Assembly: GCA_902628335.1 (NCBI GenBank)
Contig: CACOMO010000001.1
Span: forward strand, 173,313 to 237,312
DNA length: 64,000 nt
Source: an uncultured Gammaproteobacteria bacterium
GTDB lineage: Bacteria; Pseudomonadota; Gammaproteobacteria; GCA-002705445; GCA-002716945
Reading direction: 5' to 3'
A model generated the notes under the pieces. The model was not told the origin of the DNA. It saw only the letters and a list, made by a program, of their open reading frames with translations, and did not search any database. This document shows, piece by piece, positions 21,899-31,636 of this stretch; the stretch's first letter is position 1, and each line of letters opens with the position of its first letter. The position numbers and the translations under genes are program-made.

Positions 21899-22120
21899 TT
21901 TTAAAAAACTAGCCCCCAAGATATTCAATCATATCGTCGTTTAAAATTAATAAATGGTCTAGATATAGTACAATTTAAATAAGAAACTATAAAGTGATAA
22001 TTATCTTTTTCTTTAGTAAATATCTATGTACTCAATTAGTATGAATTAAATGAAACAGGATGATTATTACATAATCAATGTTAGAATAATTATAATTATC
22101 AGTATGAATTTTATATTACA

Positions 22121-23059
22121 ATGACAAAAATATCTAAATGTGTAATATTTGGCGGAACAGGATTTATCGGATCAAATTTTGCCCAAAAATTATCGCCGCA
22201 CGCTTCAGAAATAATTGTTATTACCAGAGATATTGAGAGTAATAAATCGCTTAAAATGATTCCCAATCTAAAATTACTGCCTATAAGTATTAGTGACTCT
22301 AAATCTATCAGAGACATACTCAAAGATGCAGAAATAGTAGTAAATACTGTTGGTATTTTAAACGAATCTGATCAAATGAATACTTTCGAAAATATTCATT
22401 TCAAGTTCGTACAGCGACTTTCACAAGAAATTAAGACAAATAAGGTAAAACGATTTCTGCATATAAGCTCACTGAATGCAAAAAAAGATACAATGAGTGA
22501 TTATCTTCATACCAAAGGCAAAGCAGAGGACTTTATACTCAATGAAATGAATACTTATTGTAATTCTACAATATTTAGACCATCAATTGTATTTGGAGAG
22601 GAAGACTCTTTCTTCAATAAATTTGCAACTCTTCTAAAATTTATTCCTATTTTTCCACTCGCGTGCCCTTCATCGAAATTTCAACCCATCTACGTCGGAG
22701 ATTTAACTGACTACATGATTAACTGTATATCTAATCCTGAAACCTATAATAAGAAAATCGATACAGTCGGACCCAAAACCTATACATTTAGTGAACTAAT
22801 CAAACTCACAATTAAGACCATGGGCATCAAAAGGATAATAATTCCGCTTAATGATTTTCTCTCAAGAATACAAGCACATGTCTTTCAAAACTTACCTGGG
22901 AAATTATTTACCATAGATAATTATTACTCACTAAAGATTGATAGTGTCAGTGAAAATGGTTATGTGGGCAAGACAACAATAGAAAACAAATTACCAAATT
23001 ATCTGAATATAAAAGATAAATCAGAAGAACTGAGAAAGAAAGCTGGGAGAAGAAAATGA
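22121..23059 (+). CDS. NAD(P)-binding epimerase/dehydratase-fold protein, complex I NDUFA9-like family
   Basis: Rossmann motif FGGTGFIGS, ...[17 protein letters not shown]..., [10 protein letters not shown], typical of the bacterial NDUFA9-like family. Confidence 0.7.
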   Translation: MTKISKCVIFGGTGFIGSNFAQKLSPHASEIIVITRDIESNKSLKMIPNLKLLPISISDSKSIRDILKDAEIVVNTVGILNESDQMNTFENIHFKFVQRLSQEIKTNKVKRFLHISSLNAKKDTMSDYLHTKGKAEDFILNEMNTYCNSTIFRPSIVFGEEDSFFNKFATLLKFIPIFPLACPSSKFQPIYVGDLTDYMINCISNPETYNKKIDTVGPKTYTFSELIKLTIKTMGIKRIIIPLNDFLSRIQAHVFQNLPGKLFTIDNYYSLKIDSVSENGYVGKTTIENKLPNYLNIKDKSEELRKKAGRRK

Positions 23060-24138
23060 AAATTTATCTCGTGGGTGGTGCAGTTAGAGATAAATTACTT
23101 GGTTTAGAGCCCAAGGAGAGAGACTGGGTAGTTGTAGGTAGCACTCCACAAGAGATGAAAAAAAATGGTTTCAAGCAAGTGGGTAAAGATTTTCCTGTTT
23201 TCATACATCCCAATTCAGGAGAGGAATACGCTTTGGCACGAACAGAGAGGAAGTCTGGTCACGGCTACACAGGTTTTGAGTTTAATGTCGATTCAAATGT
23301 TTCTCTAGAAGAAGATTTAGAGAGAAGAGACTTAACAATAAATGCAATTGCAGAAGATGAAGCTGGTAACCTAATCGACCCATACCAAGGACAAAAAGAT
23401 ATAAAGAATAAAAAACTCAGACATGTCTCAGTTGCTTTCTCTGAGGACCCTCTCAGAGTGCTCAGATTAGCGAGATTTCAAGTAAAATTTCCTGAATTCA
23501 CTATTGCACCTGAAACAATAAATATGGTCCGAGAAATAGTGGATTCTGGAGAGCTAAAATATTTAACAGGCGAGAGAATTTGGCTTGAGATGTATAAATC
23601 AGATAATATCGGTTCCTTTTATGATCAGTTAGTAAAACTGGGGCTGATTGACAAGATTAAAGGCTTTCACCTCACACTCGAACTCTTGCCTTACAGAAAA
23701 GACGTGCTCAATGGTTGTCAGTCACTAAAAAAAATTCATCAAATTTCATATTTTATTTATAGACTCACACGTAGTGAGGATGATTTTTGCGATGAACTAA
23801 AAATTCCCAATGAATATAGAGACCTTGCGAGAATGTTAAGACAGTGTGAAGTCGAGATAAAAGAGTATATCCCTAAAAAGGATCAATATGATAAATTACT
23901 TGATCTTATAAATAAACTTGATGTCCGTAAAACAGAAAGACTGAAAGATTTTTTTGAGTGTGTGGATATAAGTGATGATAAGAAAATATTTTTCGAATCT
24001 TTGATAGACAAAATTAGAAACTTTAGGCTTGATGAGGAGCAGCAGAAAAAATCTAAGGACGAAATCATCAAATTAATCAAAAATACCCACAAGGAAATCG
24101 CTCAGAATCATATCACGAACTATTTAGATTCCCAATAA
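23056..24138 (+). CDS. cca: tRNA nucleotidyltransferase (CCA-adding enzyme), short form without HD domain
   Basis: [49 protein letters not shown]. 360 aa with no HD dipeptide anywhere. Confidence 0.88.
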   Translation: MKIYLVGGAVRDKLLGLEPKERDWVVVGSTPQEMKKNGFKQVGKDFPVFIHPNSGEEYALARTERKSGHGYTGFEFNVDSNVSLEEDLERRDLTINAIAEDEAGNLIDPYQGQKDIKNKKLRHVSVAFSEDPLRVLRLARFQVKFPEFTIAPETINMVREIVDSGELKYLTGERIWLEMYKSDNIGSFYDQLVKLGLIDKIKGFHLTLELLPYRKDVLNGCQSLKKIHQISYFIYRLTRSEDDFCDELKIPNEYRDLARMLRQCEVEIKEYIPKKDQYDKLLDLINKLDVRKTERLKDFFECVDISDDKKIFFESLIDKIRNFRLDEEQQKKSKDEIIKLIKNTHKEIAQNHITNYLDSQ

Positions 24139-24891
24139 GACAAATCCTAAAATTATTCTATAAACAATATAGGGTGTAAACGATATTCTATTAATAGTCG
24201 TGATGAATAAGTGTATTGTAATATAAGATACTAAAAATGAAATTAATACTCCTATAAGATGATCTGTGAGTATATTATAATTTTTTAGTTCATATAGTTG
24301 AAAAGACTGATATGTAGTTGCCATAAAGATAGCTGGTATTGATAGTATAAAAGCAATTCTTATAGAATCCTCTCTACTGAAGTTAGCCAAAAGTGCTGCT
24401 GTAATTACGATACCTGATCTTGATACACCTGGGATAATAGCTAATGTCTGCATAAAACCAATAAAAATTATTATGTATATACCTATTGATTTTAAATTTC
24501 TATACTGATCTTTTTTTCTCATATCAGAGAAATATAAAAGAACTGCAAAAATAATCGTTATGTAAGCAATTGAATTAATTGACCTAAAGTGTATCGACAC
24601 AAAGTCCATAAATATCAAAGCTACTATTGGTAGAGGTATAGATCCGATGATAATTAGTTTGATATAACTCTTACCCTCATCTGTGAATGATAGTGCTTGG
24701 TTTAATTCTCTTCTGTAATAAATTAAGATCGCTAACAAAGATCCAGCATGTAAAGCTATATCAAAACCTAAGCCTTGATCATCCATCTCCATTAACTTAG
24801 ACATGAGAATTATATGTGACTGACTAGATATCGGTAAAAATTCAGTGATACCCTGGACAATAGCAAGAAGTATGATTTGAAAGATTTCCAC
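24124..24891 (-). CDS. uppP: Undecaprenyl-diphosphate phosphatase
   Basis: N-terminal [13 protein letters not shown] motif and multi-TM profile. GTG start directly abutting the stop of the upstream methyltransferase gene. Confidence 0.9.
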   Translation of the reverse strand: MEIFQIILLAIVQGITEFLPISSQSHIILMSKLMEMDDQGLGFDIALHAGSLLAILIYYRRELNQALSFTDEGKSYIKLIIIGSIPLPIVALIFMDFVSIHFRSINSIAYITIIFAVLLYFSDMRKKDQYRNLKSIGIYIIIFIGFMQTLAIIPGVSRSGIVITAALLANFSREDSIRIAFILSIPAIFMATTYQSFQLYELKNYNILTDHLIGVLISFLVSYITIHLFITTINRISFTPYIVYRIILGFVLLGI

Positions 24892-26013
24892 TTAAAGAAT
24901 ATCCTTCCTGTTATAATTTCTAGATGCTAATAAAGCATTTGAATAATTTTTAGTAACTATTAATGCCTTGAAAATATCCCCCATTGCATTAGGTAAGACC
25001 AAGTTTTTCAGTTTATTTATTTCAATTAACTTGTCATCATCGCTAAATGCTCTCTCTTCAAATAAATCCAGTATACCTAAATTAATTAAAAACTTGGATT
25101 GTTCCAAATAACCAGATACTTCAAACTTTAATTTTTTGAATAATGCTGATAGATGAGAAAAATTTACAAATGAAGAAATATCTTGTAAACCAATATTTAT
25201 AAAGGGGTTAAAATTTGCATGGTGATTATGAATACAAACTAGAGTGCCAGTTTTTCGATCAGGCAAAAAATATTCTTTCATGTTATATCCATAATCAACT
25301 ATAAATACAGCTCCAATATTTAGAATTTTGTTGATATTTTGCACCCAAGTTTCATAGTTTAAATTTATCTCACTCTCATAGTCATCATAGTTTGATAATA
25401 CATCGTAAAATTCCAAATTTTTAAAAATATCTCTAAGTTTGTTTGTTTTGTCTTCCCATCTAATTTTAATATCATCTTCATAGTCTACAAAAAGTTGAAA
25501 AAATCTCTCATTGTGTACTTTAAATCTCTCAGTAGGTAATACATCAAAAAATTCATTACAAATAATGAGTCCATTTATACTCGAGACCTCGTCACAATTA
25601 ACCCATTCCACAATTCGACTTAATTGAGGTGTTTTTTTCATGATATTCACTTTCTGTAACTCAATCAATTTTTCTGAAGCTTCAATAATATAGAATTTAC
25701 TTGGAAGAGCTTTTTTGCTAGAGAGATGTTCTATGATAGATATTGCTAAACTTCCGTCTCCTGCACCGATTTCCAGGATTACTGGTTCTGAAATAGAATC
25801 ACGTATATTGATGAACTCATTTGCAATGGAGGCTCCAAAGAGACTTGATGTTATAGGCGAAGTTATGAAATCACCTTTTTTACCAAAAATATCTCTAGAG
25901 CTATAATAACCGTAGTAGTCATGAAAAAGCAGAATATCCATGTATTCTGAAAAAGATATAATTCCATTTTTAGAAATTCTCTCTGATATAACTAATTCTA
26001 TTTCAGATTTCAT
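24892..26013 (-). CDS. SAM-dependent methyltransferase, MidA/NDUFAF7 (DUF185) family
   Basis: GDFITSPITSSLFG and EIGAGDGSL motifs characteristic of the MidA family; 373 aa. Confidence 0.75.
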   Translation of the reverse strand: MKSEIELVISERISKNGIISFSEYMDILLFHDYYGYYSSRDIFGKKGDFITSPITSSLFGASIANEFINIRDSISEPVILEIGAGDGSLAISIIEHLSSKKALPSKFYIIEASEKLIELQKVNIMKKTPQLSRIVEWVNCDEVSSINGLIICNEFFDVLPTERFKVHNERFFQLFVDYEDDIKIRWEDKTNKLRDIFKNLEFYDVLSNYDDYESEINLNYETWVQNINKILNIGAVFIVDYGYNMKEYFLPDRKTGTLVCIHNHHANFNPFINIGLQDISSFVNFSHLSALFKKLKFEVSGYLEQSKFLINLGILDLFEERAFSDDDKLIEINKLKNLVLPNAMGDIFKALIVTKNYSNALLASRNYNRKDIL

Positions 26014-26061
26014 GATGTTATGTTCTAATATAGTTTAGATTTATAAATTAAGCTATCAATT

Positions 26062-26805
26062 ATGACAAAGAGATTAAAAACTGTACTTATAACAGGAGGT
26101 GTAAAGCGTATTGGTCTCTCTATTGCCAGGATTCTTCATAGGAATAATTATAATATTATCATCACTTACAACAAATCGTCGAAACAAGCAAAAGAGATCC
26201 TCAAAGAACTTAATGATGAATCAAGGGACTCGTGTAAGATTATCAAAGTAGACTTCTCAAAGATATCAAATTTTTCTAAGTTCTCTTCTAATGCGCTTAG
26301 ATGTTTTGGTAGATTGGATGTCCTAATCAATAATGCATCTCGTTTTTATCCAACTAAAATTAATCAAGTAAATCAAAAATCTTGGATTGACCTAATAGAT
26401 ACCAATCTAAAATCACCTCTAATGCTATCTAAAGGATTTCATTCTGAATTAAAAAAAAGAAAGGGTAATATTGTAAACATTATTGATATTCACATAGATC
26501 CGCCTCTAAAGGATCATATTATTTACAATATAAGTAAAGCAGGTCTTCTTGCACTCACTAAAACACTAGCAAAAGATCTGGCTCCTCAAGTACGAGTAAA
26601 TGGTGTGTCTCCAGGAGCTATTATGTGGCCGGAGGCAGATGAGAATAAAGTGAAGAAAAAGAGGGACATTCTCTCTAGAATCGCACTAAAACGTGTGGGA
26701 GATCCAAATGATATTGCCAGAGCTGTACTTTTCTTAATCAAAGATGGTAATTACATCACTGGTCAAAACATAAATGTAGACGGCGGAAGAAAGCTTAATA
26801 TGTAA
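26062..26805 (+). CDS. Short-chain dehydrogenase/reductase, pteridine reductase-like
   Basis: TGGVKRIG cofactor motif and catalytic YNISK (YxxxK). Located next to folK-folB. The pteridine substrate is inferred from context. Confidence 0.6.
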   Translation: MTKRLKTVLITGGVKRIGLSIARILHRNNYNIIITYNKSSKQAKEILKELNDESRDSCKIIKVDFSKISNFSKFSSNALRCFGRLDVLINNASRFYPTKINQVNQKSWIDLIDTNLKSPLMLSKGFHSELKKRKGNIVNIIDIHIDPPLKDHIIYNISKAGLLALTKTLAKDLAPQVRVNGVSPGAIMWPEADENKVKKKRDILSRIALKRVGDPNDIARAVLFLIKDGNYITGQNINVDGGRKLNM

Positions 26806-26811
26806 TGCAAC

Positions 26812-27240
26812 TCAAAAATATATCGGTAAATGCACAAGTAATGATAACAAGGCCGTGACAGGCAATCTAATTGAGTAAATAAAAAATGCTGGTCGTAACT
26901 TCTGAAGGTAAATAATATAATCAAGACAGAGTTGAGTGAATAGAAAGATAATTAAGATACTTGATACCAACCTATATTCGATACCATTTAAAACAGCTAA
27001 AATTATCAAAAATGATAATAAGCTCGGAATGGCTCCATAAATTGTCAATAAAATAGAACCATCATTAGTAATTTTCCAATTTATTGCACCCACAAAGGTA
27101 AAAATAATCAATGTATACAAAATCATAAAATCTAAAATCATAGATACCTTTGTATCTTCCAGAAAAAACAAATCGATTATTGCATAAAGTGGGGGCACTA
27201 ATCCTAAATATGCTATAACTGCCTGAAAGATTAAATTCAT
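26812..27240 (-). CDS. Small integral membrane protein (about 4 TM; tentatively DUF3429-like)
   Basis: 142 aa, almost entirely hydrophobic. Its ATG shares one base with the folK stop (TAATG), so it is the third gene of the folB-folK transcript. Confidence 0.5.
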   Translation of the reverse strand: MNLIFQAVIAYLGLVPPLYAIIDLFFLEDTKVSMILDFMILYTLIIFTFVGAINWKITNDGSILLTIYGAIPSLLSFLIILAVLNGIEYRLVSSILIIFLFTQLCLDYIIYLQKLRPAFFIYSIRLPVTALLSLLVHLPIYF

Positions 27241-27728
27241 TATATTTTTATGTTAACAGTATTTATTATTAATTCTTTAATATCATATGTATTAAGTATC
27301 TCTTGATGGGTGAGTTTTTCTTTTGGATGAATGAAGTTAGGAGCTATATCAACTAGTGGACGAAGCACGAAGTCATAACGAGTAATTTCGTCTCTAGGAA
27401 CCGTAATATTATCAACCTCTATTATCATACTATCATAATACAAAATATCGATATCGAGTGTTCGTGAACTAAATTTTGTCTCTCCATGTGTTCTACCATG
27501 ATCCATTTCAATCTTGTTTAAATTTAGTTTTAATTCTTGCAATTTCTCACTAGTCTCAAATTTACAGACTAGATTATAAAAATTTGGTCCAGAAAAGCCC
27601 ATAGATGATGTTTCATAAATTGGTGACATTGAAAAGTTGTCATAATTTTCCCTAAGTCTGATGATGCAAGAAGTGATGTTTTTCTCCCTATCTACATTAC
27701 TACCAACTCCGATAAAGATCTGACTCAT
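27240..27728 (-). CDS. folK: 2-amino-4-hydroxy-6-hydroxymethyldihydropteridine diphosphokinase
   Basis: IGVGSN..., RTLDIDIL, and PRDEI..R.FVL.PL motifs; 162 aa; ATGA overlap with folB. Confidence 0.9.
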   Translation of the reverse strand: MSQIFIGVGSNVDREKNITSCIIRLRENYDNFSMSPIYETSSMGFSGPNFYNLVCKFETSEKLQELKLNLNKIEMDHGRTHGETKFSSRTLDIDILYYDSMIIEVDNITVPRDEITRYDFVLRPLVDIAPNFIHPKEKLTHQEILNTYDIKELIINTVNIKI

Positions 27729-28075
27729 TTGTGTCTCTCTATCATTACACCTACCTCTTTAGAGCCAGTAACTGCGCCTGGTTTACTGAATCTAGCCTTG
27801 ACATGCTTGACTGGGAATTCCTCTAATATAATCCTCACAGATTCTTCGGCTAAAGCTTCGACTAATTGGAATTCACTACCACCGATAAAAGATTTTAAAC
27901 GCTTTGATACTGCTTTGTAGTCAACTGTATTATCAATGTTGTCAGAACTAGAGGCACTTAAGATATCCGTCCCAAGCTCTAAGTCTATACAAATAATCTG
28001 TTTTATTTTTCTCTCCCAATCATATATACCAATGACAGTCTCTATACACAGCTCCTTTATAAACACTATATCCAT
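27725..28075 (-). CDS. folB: Dihydroneopterin aldolase
   Basis: MDIVFIKEL...VIGIYDWER and DYKAVSKR patterns; 116 aa; upstream of folK. Confidence 0.88.
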   Translation of the reverse strand: MDIVFIKELCIETVIGIYDWERKIKQIICIDLELGTDILSASSSDNIDNTVDYKAVSKRLKSFIGGSEFQLVEALAEESVRIILEEFPVKHVKARFSKPGAVTGSKEVGVMIERHK

Positions 28076-28154
28076 TATATTTCCTTGCTAATTTATATAT
28101 TCATATTGTATATGATTACTATTCTGATATCATTAACGAGTTTGGAGATATAAA

Positions 28155-28379
28155 GTGTCAAAGATTTGTCAAATAACAAAAAAAAGAGTGATGAGCGGAA
28201 ACAATGTTTCCCATGCAAAAAACCGTAGGAAGCGCACATTTGAGCCTAATCTTCATAATCACAGATTATGGTCTGATGAGATGAAAAAATGGGTATCACT
28301 CAAATTATCAAAAAAAGGGTTAAGGATAATTGATAAGATTGGTCTCGATAATGCCCTGAAAAAGTATGACCTGAGATAA
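28155..28379 (+). CDS. rpmB: 50S ribosomal protein L28
   Basis: [28 protein letters not shown]; GTG start preceded by GGAGA. Confidence 0.95.
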   Translation: MSKICQITKKRVMSGNNVSHAKNRRKRTFEPNLHNHRLWSDEMKKWVSLKLSKKGLRIIDKIGLDNALKKYDLR

Positions 28380-28383
28380 AGAT

Positions 28384-28539
28384 ATGAGAGAAAAAATCAA
28401 ATTAGTTTCTTCTGCCGGTACAGGACATTTTTATACAACAACAAAAAATAAAAAAACTATGCCTGATAAGTTTGAAATCAAGAAATTTGACCCAAAAATT
28501 AAGAAGTACGTTATTTATAAAGAATCAAAGATTAAGTAA
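28384..28539 (+). CDS. rpmG: 50S ribosomal protein L33
   Basis: Hand-translated, since it falls below the ORF-track cutoff: [51 protein letters not shown] (51 aa). Starts 4 nt after rpmB. Confidence 0.93.
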   Translation: MREKIKLVSSAGTGHFYTTTKNKKTMPDKFEIKKFDPKIKKYVIYKESKIK

Positions 28540-29721
28540 TTAAACTACTTTATAGCCTTTAAGACTATTCGAAAACACTTTTAAAGAATCAATACCTTTG
28601 CTACTAGCTTCTTCACACCACTCATTTAGTATACGTATAAAGTTTTCATGCTTGATGTTTCTACTATACAAAATGTCATATAGTTTATTTTTCAGATCAT
28701 AGACTGTCTCGAGAGTAGTGCACTCTTTAAAAATTAACTTGAGTCTATCTATATCATTATCAGATATTCTATTAGGTTGTCTTGAAAGAGTATCAGTAGA
28801 CATCTTTAGCATCCTCTTAATATCATACTTCGCATTTTTAATTTCAACTTTTAAAATAGGCTTTAACACCTCAGAAGTGTAGTTAGTGATAACGGTTAGT
28901 TTCGATTTAAGTAAATCATAGCCAACTTTCGAATCTAAATCTAAATTACTGCTACCTACAATAGTTTTCACAGCAAGTCTTTTCACTTTTACTTGACCAA
29001 AGAATGAAAATATTTTTATATACATCCAGCCTATGTCAAATTCCCAAGGCTTGAGTGAAAATTTTGCGGCAGTTGGAAATGCATGGTGATTATTGTGGAG
29101 TTCTTCACCACCGATGATAATTCCGACAGGTCCTAAGTTTGTTGAATCGTCACTTGTGTTGAAATTACGATAACCCCAATAGTGTCCTGCTCCATTAATA
29201 CCGCCTGCAGCGAAAATTGGTGTCCACATCATTTGAATAGACCAGATTATTATCCCTACCACACCAAATAAAAGAATGTTAAGAATGAATAATAATAAAA
29301 TTCCCAAATTATTCTTACCTGTATAAACGTGCTGCTCTATCCAGTCATTTGGACAATTTTGAGAGTATTTTTGGATAGTCTCGCTGTTACCCTTCTCCTC
29401 ATGGTATAAATCAGCACCTCTCAAAAGCACATGTCCTATGCCATAGTGTGCTGGGCTATGAGGGTCATCTGCGGTTTCTACCTTTGCATGGTGTTTTCTG
29501 TGTATGGCGACCCAATCAGCAGTTCTCATAGATGTTGTTAGCCATAACCAAAATCGGAAAAAATGAGCCAGAATAGGCTTAATTTCAATTGCTGAATGGC
29601 ATATGCCGCGATGTAAATAGAGTGTAATTGCTACTATTGTTATATGAGTGACAATAAGGGTGTAAATTACATATTCCACCCATGTAAATTGTATTAGTCC
29701 GTTTGTAATTAAATCCATCAT
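28540..29721 (-). CDS. Membrane fatty-acid (acyl-CoA/acyl-lipid delta-9-type) desaturase, DesA-like
   Basis: Three histidine boxes (HRGICH, HRKHH, HNNHH) and N-terminal TM helices. At 393 aa it has a C-terminal extension like gammaproteobacterial DesA. Confidence 0.85.
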   Translation of the reverse strand: MMDLITNGLIQFTWVEYVIYTLIVTHITIVAITLYLHRGICHSAIEIKPILAHFFRFWLWLTTSMRTADWVAIHRKHHAKVETADDPHSPAHYGIGHVLLRGADLYHEEKGNSETIQKYSQNCPNDWIEQHVYTGKNNLGILLLFILNILLFGVVGIIIWSIQMMWTPIFAAGGINGAGHYWGYRNFNTSDDSTNLGPVGIIIGGEELHNNHHAFPTAAKFSLKPWEFDIGWMYIKIFSFFGQVKVKRLAVKTIVGSSNLDLDSKVGYDLLKSKLTVITNYTSEVLKPILKVEIKNAKYDIKRMLKMSTDTLSRQPNRISDNDIDRLKLIFKECTTLETVYDLKNKLYDILYSRNIKHENFIRILNEWCEEASSKGIDSLKVFSNSLKGYKVV

Positions 29722-29780
29722 TTTTGTTATAATTCAAGTCTAAATAATATGATAAATTCCAATATATGTCTAACTAAATT

Positions 29781-30584
29781 ATGCCAGAACTACCCGAAGT
29801 AGAGACGATCTGTAATGCTATAAAGCACAACATAGATTCTCCAAAAATAGATGAATTTCAAATAATTAATAACAAGTTGAGGTGGAAGATTAACAAAAAT
29901 ATTCCATCAAAGGTAAACGGACAAACTATTAAAAAAATTTACAGAAGAGCAAAGTACATAGTCTTTGAATTTCATAATGGATCGCTCATTATACACCTAG
30001 GAATGACTGGCAAATTTCGCAAAATACAAGGTACATATACATCAATCAAACATGATCATTTTTTAATAAAGATGGCTGATGATAATATATTTGTTTATAA
30101 CGATGTTAGAAAATTTGGTTCAATTCATTGGGCTTCTGATATAAGTGACCATTTTTTAATGAAAAATATTGGTGTTGAACCACTAACAGATGATTTTAAT
30201 AACCTTTATCTAAAAAATAAAACTACCAAGAGTAGAATGAAAATCAAGAATTTAATAATGGATCAAAAAATTATTGCTGGTGTTGGAAATATTTATGCAT
30301 CAGAAGCATTGTTTCTATCAAAAATAAGGCCTACCAAGATTGCGTATAGATTATCTAAATCAATGTGTGAACATCTAGTGAGGTCTATCAAGACAGTTCT
30401 TAAAAAAGCAGTTAAATATGGTGGTACAAGTATTAAAGACTATAAGACATTGGATGGTAACTCAGGATACTTCACACAAAAGTTATTAGTTTATGGATTA
30501 GATAAGTGTAGATGTGGAGAAAAAATAAGAAATGTCAAGATAAGTGGTCGATCGTCTTTTTATTGTCCGAAATGTCAAAAATAA
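29781..30584 (+). CDS. mutM: Formamidopyrimidine-DNA glycosylase
   Basis: N-terminal MPELPEVE and a C-terminal zinc finger CRCGEKI...FYCPKCQ. Confidence 0.95.
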   Translation: MPELPEVETICNAIKHNIDSPKIDEFQIINNKLRWKINKNIPSKVNGQTIKKIYRRAKYIVFEFHNGSLIIHLGMTGKFRKIQGTYTSIKHDHFLIKMADDNIFVYNDVRKFGSIHWASDISDHFLMKNIGVEPLTDDFNNLYLKNKTTKSRMKIKNLIMDQKIIAGVGNIYASEALFLSKIRPTKIAYRLSKSMCEHLVRSIKTVLKKAVKYGGTSIKDYKTLDGNSGYFTQKLLVYGLDKCRCGEKIRNVKISGRSSFYCPKCQK

Positions 30585-31067
30585 TCATTCTAAATATTTT
30601 TCTTTTAGTAACAACGATACTTTAGAGTGGACATATTTACTGGTGTCACCGTTGTGCCTAGCAATGTCTTTTACAATACTTGAAGATAAGAAACTATACT
30701 CTTCAGCTGGACTCATAAAAACACTTTCGATCGATGGTTCCATTGACCTATTGATACTTGCAAGTTGAACTTCATATTCAAAATCAGAAATTGCCCTTAA
30801 TCCTCTTAAGATTACTGTAGCAGAATGATCCCTTGCAAAATCAACAACCAATTTATCAAGTGTCATAACATCGATTGCTTTAATAGCTTTAGTGACCTCA
30901 TTTGCTAAATCAATTCTTTCTTGTAATGAAAAAAGGGTCTGTTTTTGAGGATTCTCAGCAACTGCAACGATTATACGATCGAAAATTTTGAGGCCTCTTT
31001 TCATTAAATCAAAGTGACCGTTAGTTATGGGATCAAATGTTCCGGGATATACTGCAATTTTAGTCAT
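30585..31067 (-). CDS. coaD: Phosphopantetheine adenylyltransferase
   Basis: AVYPGTFDPITNGHFDL motif; 160 aa; follows rsmD with a TAATG overlap. Confidence 0.95.
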   Translation of the reverse strand: MTKIAVYPGTFDPITNGHFDLMKRGLKIFDRIIVAVAENPQKQTLFSLQERIDLANEVTKAIKAIDVMTLDKLVVDFARDHSATVILRGLRAISDFEYEVQLASINRSMEPSIESVFMSPAEEYSFLSSSIVKDIARHNGDTSKYVHSKVSLLLKEKYLE

Positions 31068-31636
31068 TAGCTCCTCTTTTGAGCGATTGTATAACTTACA
31101 TCACCAATACTCAAATCTTTAATTACATCATACTTCGCATTAATATATTCATAGACAGATTGATCCTTATTTTTCTTATCTTGCTCAAAATATATATACT
31201 TATTATTCTTGATAAAATTTCCCTGAAAGAGCGCATTCAGCACGTTACTCAAACAACTATTCTTGTACGGGGGATCAATAAAGATTAATTGATAATCGAT
31301 CTGTTGCTCTCTTTGTAAAAAATTAAAAACTTCACAATTAAAAAGTACAAAGTTTTCAATATTCAATTTTTTACATTCAGATAAATATTTCTCACATATC
31401 TTTTTATTACTCTCAACTAAATGAGAGACTCTAGCGCCTCTTGAAATGGATTCAAGAGTTAAAATTCCACTCCCAGAGAATAGATCTAAAGTGTTAAAAC
31501 TATCATCTAGTTGACATACATTGAAAATGACTTCGCGAATATATGATTTTGTTGGCCTTAGATCTTTATGTTGCAAGTAATCTATTTTTCTCGATCGTAA
31601 ATAACCGGAAGTAATTTTTAAACTATTAGGTCTCAT
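31067..31636 (-). CDS. rsmD: 16S rRNA (guanine966-N2)-methyltransferase
   Basis: DLFSGSGILTLESISRGA SAM motif and the IFIDPPY motif; conserved rsmD-coaD pairing. Confidence 0.88.
   Translation of the reverse strand: MRPNSLKITSGYLRSRKIDYLQHKDLRPTKSYIREVIFNVCQLDDSFNTLDLFSGSGILTLESISRGARVSHLVESNKKICEKYLSECKKLNIENFVLFNCEVFNFLQREQQIDYQLIFIDPPYKNSCLSNVLNALFQGNFIKNNKYIYFEQDKKNKDQSVYEYINAKYDVIKDLSIGDVSYTIAQKRS

Noticed and set aside
21929-22120. 192-nt AT-rich spacer between fis and the NDUFA9-like gene, checked for tRNA, sRNA or a small ORF
   Set aside because: I saw no cloverleaf-compatible stems, no conserved-looking structure, and only trivially short ORFs. It is most simply a divergent promoter region.
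30544-30768. 74-aa plus-strand ORF overlapping the mutM end and coaD
   Set aside because: It is antisense to coaD, whose PPAT motifs are intact, and has no independent support.
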